A DNA stretch of 64,000 bases, taken from an uncultured Candidatus Saccharibacteria bacterium. GTDB taxonomy: Bacteria > Patescibacteriota > Minisyncoccia > Phycocordibacterales > PALSA-1337. The position numbers and the translations under genes were made by a program. The stretch covers positions 6,004-70,003 of the forward strand of contig CAYOTK010000002.1 of the NCBI GenBank assembly GCA_964406895.1. Reading direction: 5' to 3'. Below, in pieces: positions 48,234-58,048 of the stretch. The notes under the pieces were generated by a model. That model made no database searches. It was not told the origin of the DNA and saw only the letters and a list, made by a program, of their open reading frames with translations. Position 1 is the stretch's first letter. The number at the start of each line of letters is the position of its first letter.

Positions 48234-49223
48234 ATGTCAAAAGGAATAGGAAGATTAATACAGTTTGGAATAGCAAAAGAAACGGTCCGTGGTACACCCG
48301 AAACCACCGCAACATATTGGATACCGTTTTCTGAATTTGATCTCAATGAGAAATTTACTCTCATAAACGACGAACAGTCGAGAGGGATTATTGAAGACAC
48401 AGTCGGTCAGAGTAAGGTAAAGGAATGGAGTGAGGGATCAGTCAAAGCTCCAATTGGAGATAAGCATTTTGCTCTTATATTGAATGCTATTCTCGGCTCA
48501 CTCTCTACAGGTGCAAATACTGACCCATCGGGAACAGTTAAGGATCACACAATCACAGTAGCCCAAAGCTCGCAACATCAAGCACTTTCGCTTTTTGTTG
48601 ACGATCCTCTGGCTGCTCAGGACTACAAGCATGGAAACGGTGCAATCTCATCTCTTGAAATAAATTATGAACTTAATAAATATCTAGAATATGCATTGAA
48701 CCTAAAAGCCAAGAAGGGGTTGACTGCAACACTTACACCATCAGTCACAACAGAAAATAGATTTTTACCACAGCATGTAGTGTTCAAACTTGCGTCTACA
48801 TACGCAGGACTCAGCGCTGCATCAGCCATGAACATACGATCGCTTTCATTGAAAATTGAACAGAATATCGAAGACGATGATGTACTTGGAAGTGTTGCTC
48901 CTGGCGACTTCTTGAATAAGCAATTCGTAATTACTGGAACACTTGAAGCTCTCTGGCAGAACGAAACTGATTACAAACAGGCAGCATTAGCAACGACTGC
49001 CAAGGCCATGAGAATAGATCTCAAGAATACCGATGTGACGATAGGGACGGCAGCCAATCCTGAAATTCGCATTGATCTTGCAAAAGTCACCTTCAAGGAG
49101 ATAACAAGACAGGTAAAGATCAACGATCTTGTTCGTCAGACACTCTCCTTCAAAGCCACCTACAGTATCTCTGATACCCTCATGGTCTCAGCATTAGTAA
49201 CCAACCTCGTAACCTCATATTAA
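48234..49223 (+). CDS. tail tube (major tail) protein
   Basis: GIAKETVRGT N-terminus, beta-rich, ends N...SY; precedes the chaperone and tape measure. Confidence 0.75.
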   Translation: MSKGIGRLIQFGIAKETVRGTPETTATYWIPFSEFDLNEKFTLINDEQSRGIIEDTVGQSKVKEWSEGSVKAPIGDKHFALILNAILGSLSTGANTDPSGTVKDHTITVAQSSQHQALSLFVDDPLAAQDYKHGNGAISSLEINYELNKYLEYALNLKAKKGLTATLTPSVTTENRFLPQHVVFKLASTYAGLSAASAMNIRSLSLKIEQNIEDDDVLGSVAPGDFLNKQFVITGTLEALWQNETDYKQAALATTAKAMRIDLKNTDVTIGTAANPEIRIDLAKVTFKEITRQVKINDLVRQTLSFKATYSISDTLMVSALVTNLVTSY

Positions 49224-49227
49224 TCAC

Positions 49228-49575
49228 ATGGAAAGAGAAACAATAAAAATTACAACGCCAGAAGGAAAGGAATTAGTCATCAAAACTTACATGAATGCAA
49301 AGGAGAGGAATGCTATCAAGTCGGCTTTTCTTGAAGGTATAAAAATAGACCCGAATAATATCGCCAAAAAAGAAAACGGCGAAATCTTACAGGAATGCGA
49401 TGCCTCGATAATGCTCCGAGCTGAGAAAAGGATGTTTGAGCAATTGATAGTCTCCTACGCTGGCAGTTCTGAGAATATGGGCGACCGTATCGAGCAGGCG
49501 TCTCCCAAGGAGTACGACTTTGTCGTTGATGAGTTGAATAAAATATCGACGGGAAATTTCGAGAAGGCGAAGTAA
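49228..49575 (+). CDS. tail assembly chaperone (gpG-like)
   Basis: Between tube and tape measure; slippery GGGAAATTTC near the 3' end. Confidence 0.75.
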   Translation: MERETIKITTPEGKELVIKTYMNAKERNAIKSAFLEGIKIDPNNIAKKENGEILQECDASIMLRAEKRMFEQLIVSYAGSSENMGDRIEQASPKEYDFVVDELNKISTGNFEKAK

Positions 49576-49772
49576 CCTATGCGTGGGAGAGATACTTCGC
49601 CGGACTGAAAACTTCTCTCACAGATGATATGGCTCGGGCGATTATTTGTAGAGAGATGAAGTGGACATGGCATGAGTACGACGAGCAACCCGCAGGATTC
49701 ATAGACATTATAGTAGAAATGCTCAAGGCCGAGAGCAGGGAGATGGAAAGAAAAAGCAAGAATATAAAATAA
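49551..49772 (+). CDS. -1 frameshift extension of the tail chaperone (gpT-like)
   Basis: The -1 frame is open from the slippery site (GKFREGEVTYAWERYF...ICREMKWTWHEYDEQP...NIK*) to a TAA abutting the tape-measure ATG. Confidence 0.75.
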   Translation, partial: GKFREGEVTYAWERYFAGLKTSLTDDMARAIICREMKWTWHEYDEQPAGFIDIIVEMLKAESREMERKSKNIK

Positions 49773-51125
49773 ATGGAATCAACAAGCAAACTACAAATAT
49801 TGGTGCAACTCAGAGATGAAGCCTCGACAGCAATTCGAAGTTTGTCAAATAGCCTTTCCGACATGAGCGGCCAGTTCGGTTTTGCTGGAGACAAGGTCGG
49901 TGCTCTTGCTGGCGTTCTTCAGACGATTGGCGCTGGAGCAATTCTGAAGACGGCCATAGGAGACTTCGCTGAAGCAGAAGTGCAGATGACACGATTCGAC
50001 GCCATTATAGCTACTCTACCTCCTAATCTTCAGGCTCTACGCGGACAGATTCTTGCTCTTTCTGATGAAGCACTTTCGAAGTTTGGATTTGATAACGAAG
50101 AAGCGGCCGTATCGATAGCCAGATTGCTTCAAGCAACTCAGAACGGTCCGTTCGCCTTTCAGGCATTTTCTGCTGCTATGGATTTAGCCAGATATAAAGG
50201 CATTGGTCTTGAGGAAGCCACGCAGGCATTGATTCTTGCCTTCCAAGGAAACGCTCGTCTCCTAAAACAATTCGGAATTGAAGTTGATGATCATGCATCA
50301 AAAGAAACGATACTGGCGGCAATTATGAAAACAGTTCAAGGACAGGCAGGTGCATATTCGCAAACACTTCAAGGTCAGCTCGACATAACGAAACAGCTTG
50401 GCAAGGAGGGATCGGAATCATTGGGAGGACTATTCGCTCCGGCAATTGAGATGGTCACTCAAGGTTTACAAAATTGGGTAGCGGCGCAAGGAGGTATAAA
50501 CAAATTTCTGGAAGAACACAGAACATTGCTCATAATTGTGGGAAGTCTCCTAACTGCTCTATTTGTCGCTGGACTTATAGTGGCCATAGCGGCAGCGCTC
50601 ACATTCCTCGGACCACTTGGACTTATCATAGCCGCTATTGCCGCTGTAGGTGCCGCAATAGTTTTCTTCTATACGCTCTGGGCGACACAGTGGGAAAACA
50701 TCAAGGGAGTATTTCTTGCGGCATGGAACGGTATCAAGGATTTCTTCATGTCGATATGGAATGAAATTGTGAATCTTTTCAATGAAGGTATAGAGAAAAT
50801 AAAGAGCGCGATTGTTTCGGTTCAAAGTGCGTACAGATCGGTTGTCTCTGCGATATCGGCTCCAATAACAGCTACGGTGAATGCCGTAAAGACGGTAGTT
50901 TCAAAATTTGCTGAAGGTGGAATTGTGAATGGTCCTACATTGGGGTTAGTGGGTGAAGCTGGTCCCGAGGCAATCATCCCATTAAGCAGACTGGGTAGTA
51001 CGGGAGGAATAACAATAAATCTGAAGGGCGACTTCTATACATCAACGGAAGTTGCCGAGGAATTCGGAAATGAATTGGCTCGAATTATCAAGAATCAGAT
51101 AAATCTCGGCGGAATCCGAGCATAA
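49773..51125 (+). CDS. tape measure protein (short, 450 aa)
   Basis: Ala-rich helical, hydrophobic segment, W-spaced repeats (WENIK..F.AAWNGIK.FF..IWN), FAEGGIV..PT...VGEAGPEAIIPL. Confidence 0.85.
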   Translation: MESTSKLQILVQLRDEASTAIRSLSNSLSDMSGQFGFAGDKVGALAGVLQTIGAGAILKTAIGDFAEAEVQMTRFDAIIATLPPNLQALRGQILALSDEALSKFGFDNEEAAVSIARLLQATQNGPFAFQAFSAAMDLARYKGIGLEEATQALILAFQGNARLLKQFGIEVDDHASKETILAAIMKTVQGQAGAYSQTLQGQLDITKQLGKEGSESLGGLFAPAIEMVTQGLQNWVAAQGGINKFLEEHRTLLIIVGSLLTALFVAGLIVAIAAALTFLGPLGLIIAAIAAVGAAIVFFYTLWATQWENIKGVFLAAWNGIKDFFMSIWNEIVNLFNEGIEKIKSAIVSVQSAYRSVVSAISAPITATVNAVKTVVSKFAEGGIVNGPTLGLVGEAGPEAIIPLSRLGSTGGITINLKGDFYTSTEVAEEFGNELARIIKNQINLGGIRA

Positions 51126-51129
51126 TCAC

Positions 51130-52542
51130 ATGGCATTGATACTTAAGATAAACAACATAGACAGAACAGACCATGTGAAATGGGATACATTGGTTGTGAC
51201 TGAGGTTTTGTCCAAGGAAGTTGATCGGTTGGAGTTTCAGATCATGAAGACACCGGCTAAAACGATACCTTCTGTAAATGACGATGTAACACTTGAAGAA
51301 AATGGGACGAAAATATTTGGTGGAGTAATTACTGAAAGGAATCAAATAATAAAAGGTGGACTTCTCATTGCATTTGATATTCGTTGCAAAGATTATTCTC
51401 AGTATCTTGATAGGAAAGTAGTGGTCAGGAATTACACAAATGTTACTGCGCGCTCAATTGTGCTTGAACTGGTCTCTATATATACATCTGGGTTCACGAC
51501 AAGCAATGTGGCTCAAACAACTCCATCGGTGGGATCAATCAAATTCAACTACGAGCAGGTCACAAGATGCCTTACACAACTAGCTGATCAGATAGGCTGG
51601 GACTGGTATGTCGATCCTGATAAGGACATTCACTTCTTTGATAGCGAGAATCTCTCGGCACCCTTTGAGCTTTCTGATACTGGGGACAAGTATGAGTGGA
51701 ATTCTCTGGAGATAAATAACACGATCACGCAGATAAAGAATTCTGTGTATGTGAGAGGTGGTGAATACAAAAAGACGATTATTGAAGCAAACGCTCAAGA
51801 CATATTTGTAGCTGATGGTGTGCAGAAAGTTTTTCCCCTTTCATATAAGTACGACAATATCACGGTCAAAGATAACACGACAGTAAATACTGTCGGCACT
51901 GATCAGCAATCGAATCCTGCCATGGTTGATGTGCTCTACAACTTCAATGAGAAATTTATCAAGTATACGAATGCTCCAGTCTCTGGACATACCATTAAAG
52001 TTTTTGGTGATGCATATATTCCAATTATTGCCCAAGTACGCGATCAAATATCGATAGCTACCTACGGAGAATACCAGGCTGCTGTAATCGACAAGAGTAT
52101 TACTTCGATCAATGAAGCTCAAACTAGGGCACAAACTGAGCTCAAAAAATATGCTGAGTCGGTATATGAAGCTTCATTTAAGACAATTCAAACTGGATTG
52201 AAAGTTGGACAGAGGATCAGAGTGTACAGCCAAATCAGAAATATTGATAAGACATTCAAGATCAATAAAATCACGGGAAAAGTTCGAGACAGCGTATCTA
52301 TGGAATACACGGTTTACCTCATTGCTTCAGGACAGGTTTCATTTACAGATATCATGGTCGATCTTCTGACTGGCAACAAGAAGAATATTACTATCGCTTC
52401 AAACGAGGTACTACAGCGTCTTGAAATATTCGCCGAATCTGCCGACACGAGTGATTCAGTAACAGCCAGTAAAGCGACTGGTCCGTATAAATGGGGACCC
52501 GATCCTAATGCCCTAGTCTGGGGGCTCGGCACATGGGGTTAA
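51130..52542 (+). CDS. tail hub / baseplate-like protein
   Basis: Follows the tape measure; IFGGVI, WYVD.DK.IHFF, IKNSVYVRG. Confidence 0.6.
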   Translation: MALILKINNIDRTDHVKWDTLVVTEVLSKEVDRLEFQIMKTPAKTIPSVNDDVTLEENGTKIFGGVITERNQIIKGGLLIAFDIRCKDYSQYLDRKVVVRNYTNVTARSIVLELVSIYTSGFTTSNVAQTTPSVGSIKFNYEQVTRCLTQLADQIGWDWYVDPDKDIHFFDSENLSAPFELSDTGDKYEWNSLEINNTITQIKNSVYVRGGEYKKTIIEANAQDIFVADGVQKVFPLSYKYDNITVKDNTTVNTVGTDQQSNPAMVDVLYNFNEKFIKYTNAPVSGHTIKVFGDAYIPIIAQVRDQISIATYGEYQAAVIDKSITSINEAQTRAQTELKKYAESVYEASFKTIQTGLKVGQRIRVYSQIRNIDKTFKINKITGKVRDSVSMEYTVYLIASGQVSFTDIMVDLLTGNKKNITIASNEVLQRLEIFAESADTSDSVTASKATGPYKWGPDPNALVWGLGTWG

Positions 52543-52551
52543 TCAAATTAT

Positions 52552-53037
52552 ATGAATACACAAACAGAAAAAATACAACCAAAAGGGAAGTTTCGAATCA
52601 TTACTACAAAGGCTGGTACGGACAGTATTCTTCGTCTAAGCGAATGGTACTCAAATTTGATAATGCTTGGATCAAATACAGGTAAGACCCTGATACTACA
52701 AAGATTAGCTAGCGTTAACACATATTCATTAAATCTTACTCATGCAGATATGGGTACAGGTAACAATCCTCCGAATGCTTCAGATGTGTCTCTCCAGACT
52801 CCGCAGGCTCGTGCCGCGGTAGGATCTGGTTCAGTTTCTGGAGCAATAGCAACTATGCAATTTTTCTTTGCTGACAATGTTCTTCCGAACGGAACATACA
52901 CGGAATTCGGATCATTCGTTGATGGAAGCTCTGGTACAAGCACGGGAAAAATATTTAATCGCGCTCTCTTCGGTGTTCCATATACCAAAGGAAGCGGAGA
53001 GGACACGACAATAGAATTGCAGATATCAATTAACTAA
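52552..53037 (+). CDS. tail structural protein
   Basis: NLI...G, GTG..PP..SD..L, TEFG.F motifs of tail-tip/fibre base proteins. Confidence 0.55.
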   Translation: MNTQTEKIQPKGKFRIITTKAGTDSILRLSEWYSNLIMLGSNTGKTLILQRLASVNTYSLNLTHADMGTGNNPPNASDVSLQTPQARAAVGSGSVSGAIATMQFFFADNVLPNGTYTEFGSFVDGSSGTSTGKIFNRALFGVPYTKGSGEDTTIELQISIN

Positions 53038-53038
53038 C

Positions 53039-54070
53039 ATGACAATACAGCAAGGACAACAAGCAGTGGCAGCAGATTTCGTCAGTACATCTGGCGGTGC
53101 TGGTGATGCTGGCAAGGTGTCGAAATTAAACTCAAGTGGAAAGATTGATAATTCATTTCTTACTGTGAAATTCGGAGGCACAGGTGCTGATGGATCGCTC
53201 TCAATATCTTCGGGAACGACTACTATTAATCTTGGAGGTGTTTCTGTAGTTGTGAAGAATTACACCTCAATCTCAATTACTGGAACAGGTAAACTTGCAT
53301 TCACAAATCCAAATGCGAACGGGACATTTGTTGTCTTGAAATCTCAGGGCGATGTAACGCTGACATCATCGACTGCTCCAATGATTGATTGTAGAAATAC
53401 TGGTGGCGCAGGTGGAGCAAGTGCAGCAGGAAGCATCGGTACACTATCCTATATAACTGGCAATAGCGGGCATTTCGCGCAGATATCTGCATTGCAAACT
53501 AATGCTGGCGAAGGTGGGTGGGTTCATAATCCGTCGGTAGGTGGTGCTATACCAACAGTTTTCGGAATCTCTGCAAATATCTTCTCATATATTTTATCGA
53601 AGTTTAATTTTCTAGCATTTGCAGGTGCAGGTGGCGGTGCCGGCGGAGTGAGCACGGGCAACGCTGGATCATTCAATGGCAATACTGCGGCTGGCGGTTC
53701 AGGTGGAGGTGCACTTCTCATTGAATGTGGAGGTGCATGGAACTTTACCACAGCGGGTGGCATCTCTGTAGCTGGATCTGCTGGGAGTAATGGAAATTCA
53801 GGAGGAGGTGGTAACACAACTGTAGCTGGAGGTGGAGGTGGTGGCGGAGGTTTCGGTCTTGTCTTGTATAACATTCTGACTGCCAATTCTGGAACCTTTC
53901 TATGTGCTGGTGGTGGAGGTGGTACTGCCTCGATGAGCTCCGGTGGTGCAGCCTTCGGGGGTGCCGGCGGTGGGAGTGTATTCAATGCAGGTGCAAACGG
54001 AGGATATTATAACGGAGGTGCCGGCGGTAACGGTTTTTCATTAGTAACTCCTAATACAGAATTTATATAA
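53039..54070 (+). CDS. glycine-rich tail fibre/RBP paralogue 1
   Basis: N-terminus MTIQQGQQAVAADF..GDAGK..KLNSSGKID shared with two downstream genes; poly-Gly tracts. Confidence 0.65.
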   Translation: MTIQQGQQAVAADFVSTSGGAGDAGKVSKLNSSGKIDNSFLTVKFGGTGADGSLSISSGTTTINLGGVSVVVKNYTSISITGTGKLAFTNPNANGTFVVLKSQGDVTLTSSTAPMIDCRNTGGAGGASAAGSIGTLSYITGNSGHFAQISALQTNAGEGGWVHNPSVGGAIPTVFGISANIFSYILSKFNFLAFAGAGGGAGGVSTGNAGSFNGNTAAGGSGGGALLIECGGAWNFTTAGGISVAGSAGSNGNSGGGGNTTVAGGGGGGGGFGLVLYNILTANSGTFLCAGGGGGTASMSSGGAAFGGAGGGSVFNAGANGGYYNGGAGGNGFSLVTPNTEFI

Positions 54071-54075
54071 CTATC

Positions 54076-54231
54076 ATGCAAGACAAAGAAATCATATATG
54101 AATTGAGATGCGTAGTCTGCAGGAAAATCTGTGGCACGGTTTCATTCCCTTCAGGCTCAAAAGTCGATTTGAATGAACTATATCTTAAGCATCTGACTCT
54201 ATGCGACGAGCATGTACTTAAAGGGAAATAA
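54076..54231 (+). CDS. small Zn-finger-like protein (51 aa, absent from the ORF track)
   Basis: MQDKEIIYELRCVVCRKICG...LCDEHVLKGK*; fills the gap between fibre genes. Confidence 0.55.
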   Translation: MQDKEIIYELRCVVCRKICGTVSFPSGSKVDLNELYLKHLTLCDEHVLKGK

Positions 54232-54234
54232 CAT

Positions 54235-55272
54235 ATGTCAATCCAACAAGGACAACAAGCGCTAGCATCTGATTTCATTGCAAGTTCTGCAGGAGTTGGA
54301 GATGCTGGAAAAGCACCTAAACTAGATTCAAACGGAAAATTAGATAAGTCTTTCCTTATGAGGGGAGAATTTGGAGACGGCTCTGATGGTGATGTCACAA
54401 TTTCTTCTCCAACCACTCTGACAAGAGATATGTATTACAACAATCTAACAGTAAATAACACATTAAGTACGGCAAACTTTAAGGTTTTCATCAAAGGCAC
54501 TCTATCAGGTAGTGGAACAATTCAATCAAATGGCAACACTGGTGGTGGTGGAGGGACAGGTGCAAATGGTGGCGCTGGAGGCGGAGGAGCTTCAGCAATT
54601 TCAGGATATTTTGTCTCAATCGGTGGGAACAATGGAGGTGCTGGTGGGTTCGGGGCTGGGATCGCAGGGAATGCTGGATCTGCTGTAACTGTTGCACTTG
54701 GAACTATAGGAAAAAATGGTGGCCAAGGTGGGTCGGGTGGTGCTGGAGCTGGAGGAATAGGTGGAATCGGAGGCGGGGTCACTCCTCCAGATACGAAATT
54801 CAAAGTTTTCTATCACAACACTATATTGGGAGTTGATCTGACATCAGCATCAATATTTGCAAAGTATAAAGACAACGGAGCCGCAGCTGGTGGCGGTGGA
54901 GGATCTGGTAATGGAGGTGCACGCGAAGGAGGTGGTGGCGGGGGTGGAGGAGGTGAAGGCGGTTTTGTGTGGATCATGGCAAAAATCTGGAGCGGTACAG
55001 TTACATTGAAAGCGGTAGGTGGAAATGGTGGTGATGGTGGGCCAGGAAGGCTGGATGATGGGAATGTTGGTGGAGGTGGAGGCGGTGCAGGCGGAAATGG
55101 AGGTCTCGTGGTTGTCATTTATTTAATAAAAACATGGACAGGAAATTATGTTCTGACTGGTGGCTCTGGCGGAAACGGAGGTTCTGGACATGGCACAGGC
55201 ACTTCAGGCTCTGTAGGAAATGCTGGTGCATCAGGGACATCACATGAAATTTTGTGCACATCATTAACATAA
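54235..55272 (+). CDS. glycine-rich tail fibre/RBP paralogue 2
   Basis: Same N-terminal module; GSDGDVTI..PTTLTRDMYYNNLTV; poly-Gly. Confidence 0.65.
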   Translation: MSIQQGQQALASDFIASSAGVGDAGKAPKLDSNGKLDKSFLMRGEFGDGSDGDVTISSPTTLTRDMYYNNLTVNNTLSTANFKVFIKGTLSGSGTIQSNGNTGGGGGTGANGGAGGGGASAISGYFVSIGGNNGGAGGFGAGIAGNAGSAVTVALGTIGKNGGQGGSGGAGAGGIGGIGGGVTPPDTKFKVFYHNTILGVDLTSASIFAKYKDNGAAAGGGGGSGNGGAREGGGGGGGGGEGGFVWIMAKIWSGTVTLKAVGGNGGDGGPGRLDDGNVGGGGGGAGGNGGLVVVIYLIKTWTGNYVLTGGSGGNGGSGHGTGTSGSVGNAGASGTSHEILCTSLT

Positions 55273-55281
55273 TTTATAACT

Positions 55282-56403
55282 ATGTCGATTCAACAAGGAC
55301 AACAAGCGGTAGCATCAGATTTCATAGCATCAACAGCTGGTGCTGGTGACGCAGGTAAGGCTCCGAAACTCAATTCGAGTGGAAAACTTGATGGGTCATT
55401 TATAAATGATTTATTCGGTGGAACTGGTAGCGGGTCAGACGGTGATGTCACAATCACGTCGCCTACAACTCTCACTAGAGACATGTTCTATAACAACCTC
55501 ACAGTGAACGAGACCCTCACGACCGGAGGATTCATGATCAGAGTAAAGGGAACCATCTCTGGAACTGGTGCAATAAAATACCCTGATGGAAACAACGGAG
55601 GTACTGGCGGAAACGGAAGTAGTGGTGGTGGAGCAGTTTCAGGCGGTGGTGGTGGAGGTGGGGGTGCCGCTGTTTCAAACTGTAGATTTTCAAATATTTC
55701 AGGACAAAATGGCGCGGGTGGAGGTAGTGGCGCTCCAAATACAGGTGGAGATGGTGGAACTGGAACCAACTCAACCAAATCTGTCGGAGTCAATGGTGTT
55801 GGAGGAGGATCAGGCGGACATGGCTCCTCATACAACAACGGAAGCGCTGCTGGCGGAGGAGCCGGAAGTGGCGGCGGAGCGGCATCAAAAACTCTAACTC
55901 CTGGTCGACTCATATCCGTGCTTCTTCTCGGTAATGATTTACTTTTGAATGGTTCGCAATCTTCATATGACGGATCAGCAGGATCAGGTTCAGGTGGAGG
56001 CGGTGGAGGAGGTAACTCATCAGGAGGAAATAACGGTGGTGGTGGAGGAGGAGGTGGTGCAGGAGCTTCAGGTGGTCTCGTATTTATCATCGCAAAGATA
56101 TGGGCAGGTACCTTCACTATTCGAGCTGTTGGCGGAAACGGAGGTAACGGAGGAACTGGTGGTACCGGTAGCTCTGGAGGCCAAGGGTCCGCAGGTGGCG
56201 GAGGTGGAGGTGGGGGTGGTGGATCTGGTGGAGCTTCTATTGTTGTCTATTCTACAAAGACATGGACGGGCAGTTATGTGCTTACTGGGGGATCGGCAGG
56301 TGGTGCTGGTAGCGGAGGGGGATCAGGATCAGCTAACGGAAGTGCTGGAACGGCTGGTGCGACTGGTACAAGTTATGAAGTTCAATCAACAGTTTTATAT
56401 TAA
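55282..56403 (+). CDS. glycine-rich tail fibre/RBP paralogue 3
   Basis: Same N-terminal module; closest to paralogue 2 (KTWTG.YVLTGG). Confidence 0.65.
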   Translation: MSIQQGQQAVASDFIASTAGAGDAGKAPKLNSSGKLDGSFINDLFGGTGSGSDGDVTITSPTTLTRDMFYNNLTVNETLTTGGFMIRVKGTISGTGAIKYPDGNNGGTGGNGSSGGGAVSGGGGGGGGAAVSNCRFSNISGQNGAGGGSGAPNTGGDGGTGTNSTKSVGVNGVGGGSGGHGSSYNNGSAAGGGAGSGGGAASKTLTPGRLISVLLLGNDLLLNGSQSSYDGSAGSGSGGGGGGGNSSGGNNGGGGGGGGAGASGGLVFIIAKIWAGTFTIRAVGGNGGNGGTGGTGSSGGQGSAGGGGGGGGGGSGGASIVVYSTKTWTGSYVLTGGSAGGAGSGGGSGSANGSAGTAGATGTSYEVQSTVLY

Positions 56404-56412
56404 AGAAAATGC

Positions 56413-56601
56413 ATGGAAAAAAGAATAGAAAAAATTGAGTTGGATATCAAAGAAATCAAGGACAACCACTTGAGCCATATTGAAGAGGATATTGCGGTCG
56501 TAAAGACAAACCAGCAATGGCTCATGAAGTTCTTCTGGATTGTTGCTACAGCATCGGTTGCCGGATTAATCACCGGAATTATTAATTTAATGATTAGATA
56601 A
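56413..56601 (+). CDS. XhlA-like / holin-associated small membrane protein
   Basis: Coiled-coil followed by a C-terminal TM helix, directly before the lysin. Confidence 0.55.
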   Translation: MEKRIEKIELDIKEIKDNHLSHIEEDIAVVKTNQQWLMKFFWIVATASVAGLITGIINLMIR

Positions 56602-56605
56602 ATTT

Positions 56606-57661
56606 ATGAATGAACAATTTTCAACAGGCGCTATTATTTCACCACCTGACTATCGAGACGTATATGTTGCTTCCGCAGTAGCCGAAGCACTTCCAGCACG
56701 AATACAACTTCCTCCTACACACAAAACGGCACTCGCATCTCCCATGATGCAAGCACTCGTGCCCGCATGCGTATCGCATAGTGCCGTAGATACTCTTAAA
56801 CTCTACTGGCTCAGGAAAACAGGGAAGATGATCGATTTCTCTCCTCGCTTTCTCGATATACTCGCAAAACGATTTGATCTTCAGGATCGAGCAATGGGTG
56901 GAACTTATCCCCGTCTCGTGTTTAAACTCGCAGTTCTCTATGGCTGTGCCACAACCGCAACTCTTCCAAACGATACCTCGCTGTCGGTTCTTGAATATCG
57001 AAACGACAACAAACTTACCAAAGAAGTTTTTAATGAAGCAGCTAAGTATAAAATTCCCGGCTACGTTTCTGTCCCTCTCGATTTTCAAAGAACACGAGAA
57101 GCTATATATCTTTATGGTGCAGTTTCTGCACTCTTTGAAATTGGTAACGAATTATGGACTCCATCGTGGGCAGATAAAGATATAGATCCACTTCGAATAC
57201 CAAAAACTATAGTTTCAGGACATCAGATGACCCCTTTCGGTTGGGAAGACGATACCTATAACGATCTTCAGAACGAATGGAGCGATTTATGGGCAAATTA
57301 CGGTAGAGCGAAATACGATCCGAAGGCGTGGTCTCCATATATCATCGAGCAATGGGCGGTTGCGGAGATTCCGCTGAATGTTCAGGACTTCCTCAAGGCA
57401 CTTCCGTCACCAAACGCATTTCACTACAACTGGCAAAATAATCTTGCTCTTGGCGATAATAATGACGATGTGAAGTTCGCACAGATTGCATACATGATAC
57501 TTGGTTTCCTATTACTTATACCTGCTGATCAGCTTGGCATCTTCGGTCCGAAGACGGCAGCTGCGAATGCTAAGTATCAGCAAGCTCATCGCATACAGCC
57601 TTCGCCGAACCATATCGGTCCGCAGACGAGGGCGGCTCTCAATACAGAGTTTGCTATTTAA
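56606..57661 (+). CDS. putative endolysin: papain-like (C1) Cys peptidase + peptidoglycan-binding domain
   Basis: Q..V.ACVSH, GHQM, QNEW; C-terminal GIFGPKT.AA...YQ...IGPQTRAALN. Confidence 0.7.
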   Translation: MNEQFSTGAIISPPDYRDVYVASAVAEALPARIQLPPTHKTALASPMMQALVPACVSHSAVDTLKLYWLRKTGKMIDFSPRFLDILAKRFDLQDRAMGGTYPRLVFKLAVLYGCATTATLPNDTSLSVLEYRNDNKLTKEVFNEAAKYKIPGYVSVPLDFQRTREAIYLYGAVSALFEIGNELWTPSWADKDIDPLRIPKTIVSGHQMTPFGWEDDTYNDLQNEWSDLWANYGRAKYDPKAWSPYIIEQWAVAEIPLNVQDFLKALPSPNAFHYNWQNNLALGDNNDDVKFAQIAYMILGFLLLIPADQLGIFGPKTAAANAKYQQAHRIQPSPNHIGPQTRAALNTEFAI

Positions 57662-57679
57662 TAATTAATATCAAAAACA

Positions 57680-57859
57680 ATGAACACAATATTCACATCA
57701 GCATCAAAAGTCGTATTCATCCTTATGACCTTGGCGACGATCGCAGGTCTTTTTCTGGGGAGAGTTGATCCAAAGGATTTCATGATCTTGGCATCAATGG
57801 CCTTCTCGTTCTACTTTGCCAGCAAGGGGGAGACGAGTCAGCCGTTTGCGGGGAAGTAG
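57680..57859 (+). CDS. two-TM holin-like protein (59 aa, absent from the ORF track)
   Basis: MNTIFTSASKVVFILMTLATIAGLFLGRVDPKDFMILASMAFSFYFASK...*. Confidence 0.6.
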   Translation: MNTIFTSASKVVFILMTLATIAGLFLGRVDPKDFMILASMAFSFYFASKGETSQPFAGK

Positions 57860-58048
57860 TTATCGGAGCAACAGCCTGTCGCGCTGTGATTAAAGTCCTA
57901 ATTGAGGCTTTTTCAGGCACAATTGATAATCCATTATCGGGTTAAAATAGCCCATGAAATAAGGGTTTTGTGGCTAACTTGTGGTTATTGTTGCTATATA
58001 TGTTAAAAACTGATAAAATCTAGGTTGTTAGAAATTAACAGTAAATAT

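Larger units (their letters stand above)
32400..57900 (+). mobile_element. prophage, HK97-fold head with non-contractile tail (siphovirus-like); boundaries approximate
   Basis: Co-oriented replication, methylase, terminase, portal, protease, capsid, neck, tail and lysis modules in canonical order; no integrase or att site identified in the window. Confidence 0.9.

Noticed and set aside
53524-56117. Pro-rich minus-strand ORFs
   Set aside because: They are antisense shadows of GGN Gly codons in the tail genes.
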